A stretch of DNA of 63,610 bases, filler included, from Choristocarpus tenellus KU-1152 (lineage: Eukaryota > Protista > Phaeophyceae), in assembly GCA_964200185.2 (NCBI GenBank). It is 8 parts of 8 records of this genome, joined end to end, with 100 filler letters (N's around TTAATTAATTAA, not from the genome) between each part and the next. Parts side by side here need not be neighbours in the genome. Positions count along the whole stretch, not along the records: positions 60,980 to 63,610 come from CAXNAD020026119.1; 7 more parts are not named here. One strand, 5' to 3'. Each line of letters begins with the position of its first letter. The stretch's first letter is position 1. The notes below the pieces were generated by a model. It searched no databases and was not told where the DNA came from. It was given only the letters and a program-made list of their open reading frames with translations. This document shows, piece by piece, positions 63,559-63,610 of this stretch. Made by a program: the position numbers and the translations under genes.

Positions 63559-63610
63559 AAATACGTCATCCCCCTTGCCCCCCCTGTCAACCACAACTCC
63601 TTCAAACACC

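Overview
This is eukaryotic, intron-rich, repeat-rich genomic DNA, not a prokaryotic locus. It is a concatenation of 8 contigs joined by an artificial 100-nt linker (N44-TTAATTAATTAA-N44), so neighbourhood across linkers carries no meaning. A bipartite plastid presequence, TTAGGG repeats, long introns and brown-algal-type retroelements suggest a photosynthetic stramenopile, probably a brown alga or close relative (inference). Hand-spliced host genes, all partial: guanine deaminase (+, 6 exons); an unknown plastid-targeted protein (-) head-to-head with FG-nucleoporin Nup54 (+); a PsbP-domain PPD7-like protein (-); the last exon of an RRM/RGG protein (+); and the EF-hand end of a CDPK (-). The rest is mostly decayed mobile DNA: a ~260-bp TIR MITE family (6 clear copies with 3- or 4-bp TSDs) and a related G-run family, Ty3/gypsy, copia, RTE and CRE-like remnants, a Polinton-type DNA polymerase relic inside a GDA intron, and a probable decayed giant-virus (NCLDV) capsid/penton module. 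The most unusual signals are (1) short telomeric insertions throughout, including one in a MITE TIR that looks telomerase-templated, (2) a clean ~571-bp inversion inside a gypsy pol gene, (3) several viral fossils, and (4) a CpG-rich bidirectional promoter in a CpG-depleted background. I found no intact novel multi-gene system. All viral and TE family calls rest on motif recognition by eye in frameshifted sequence and need HMM confirmation.
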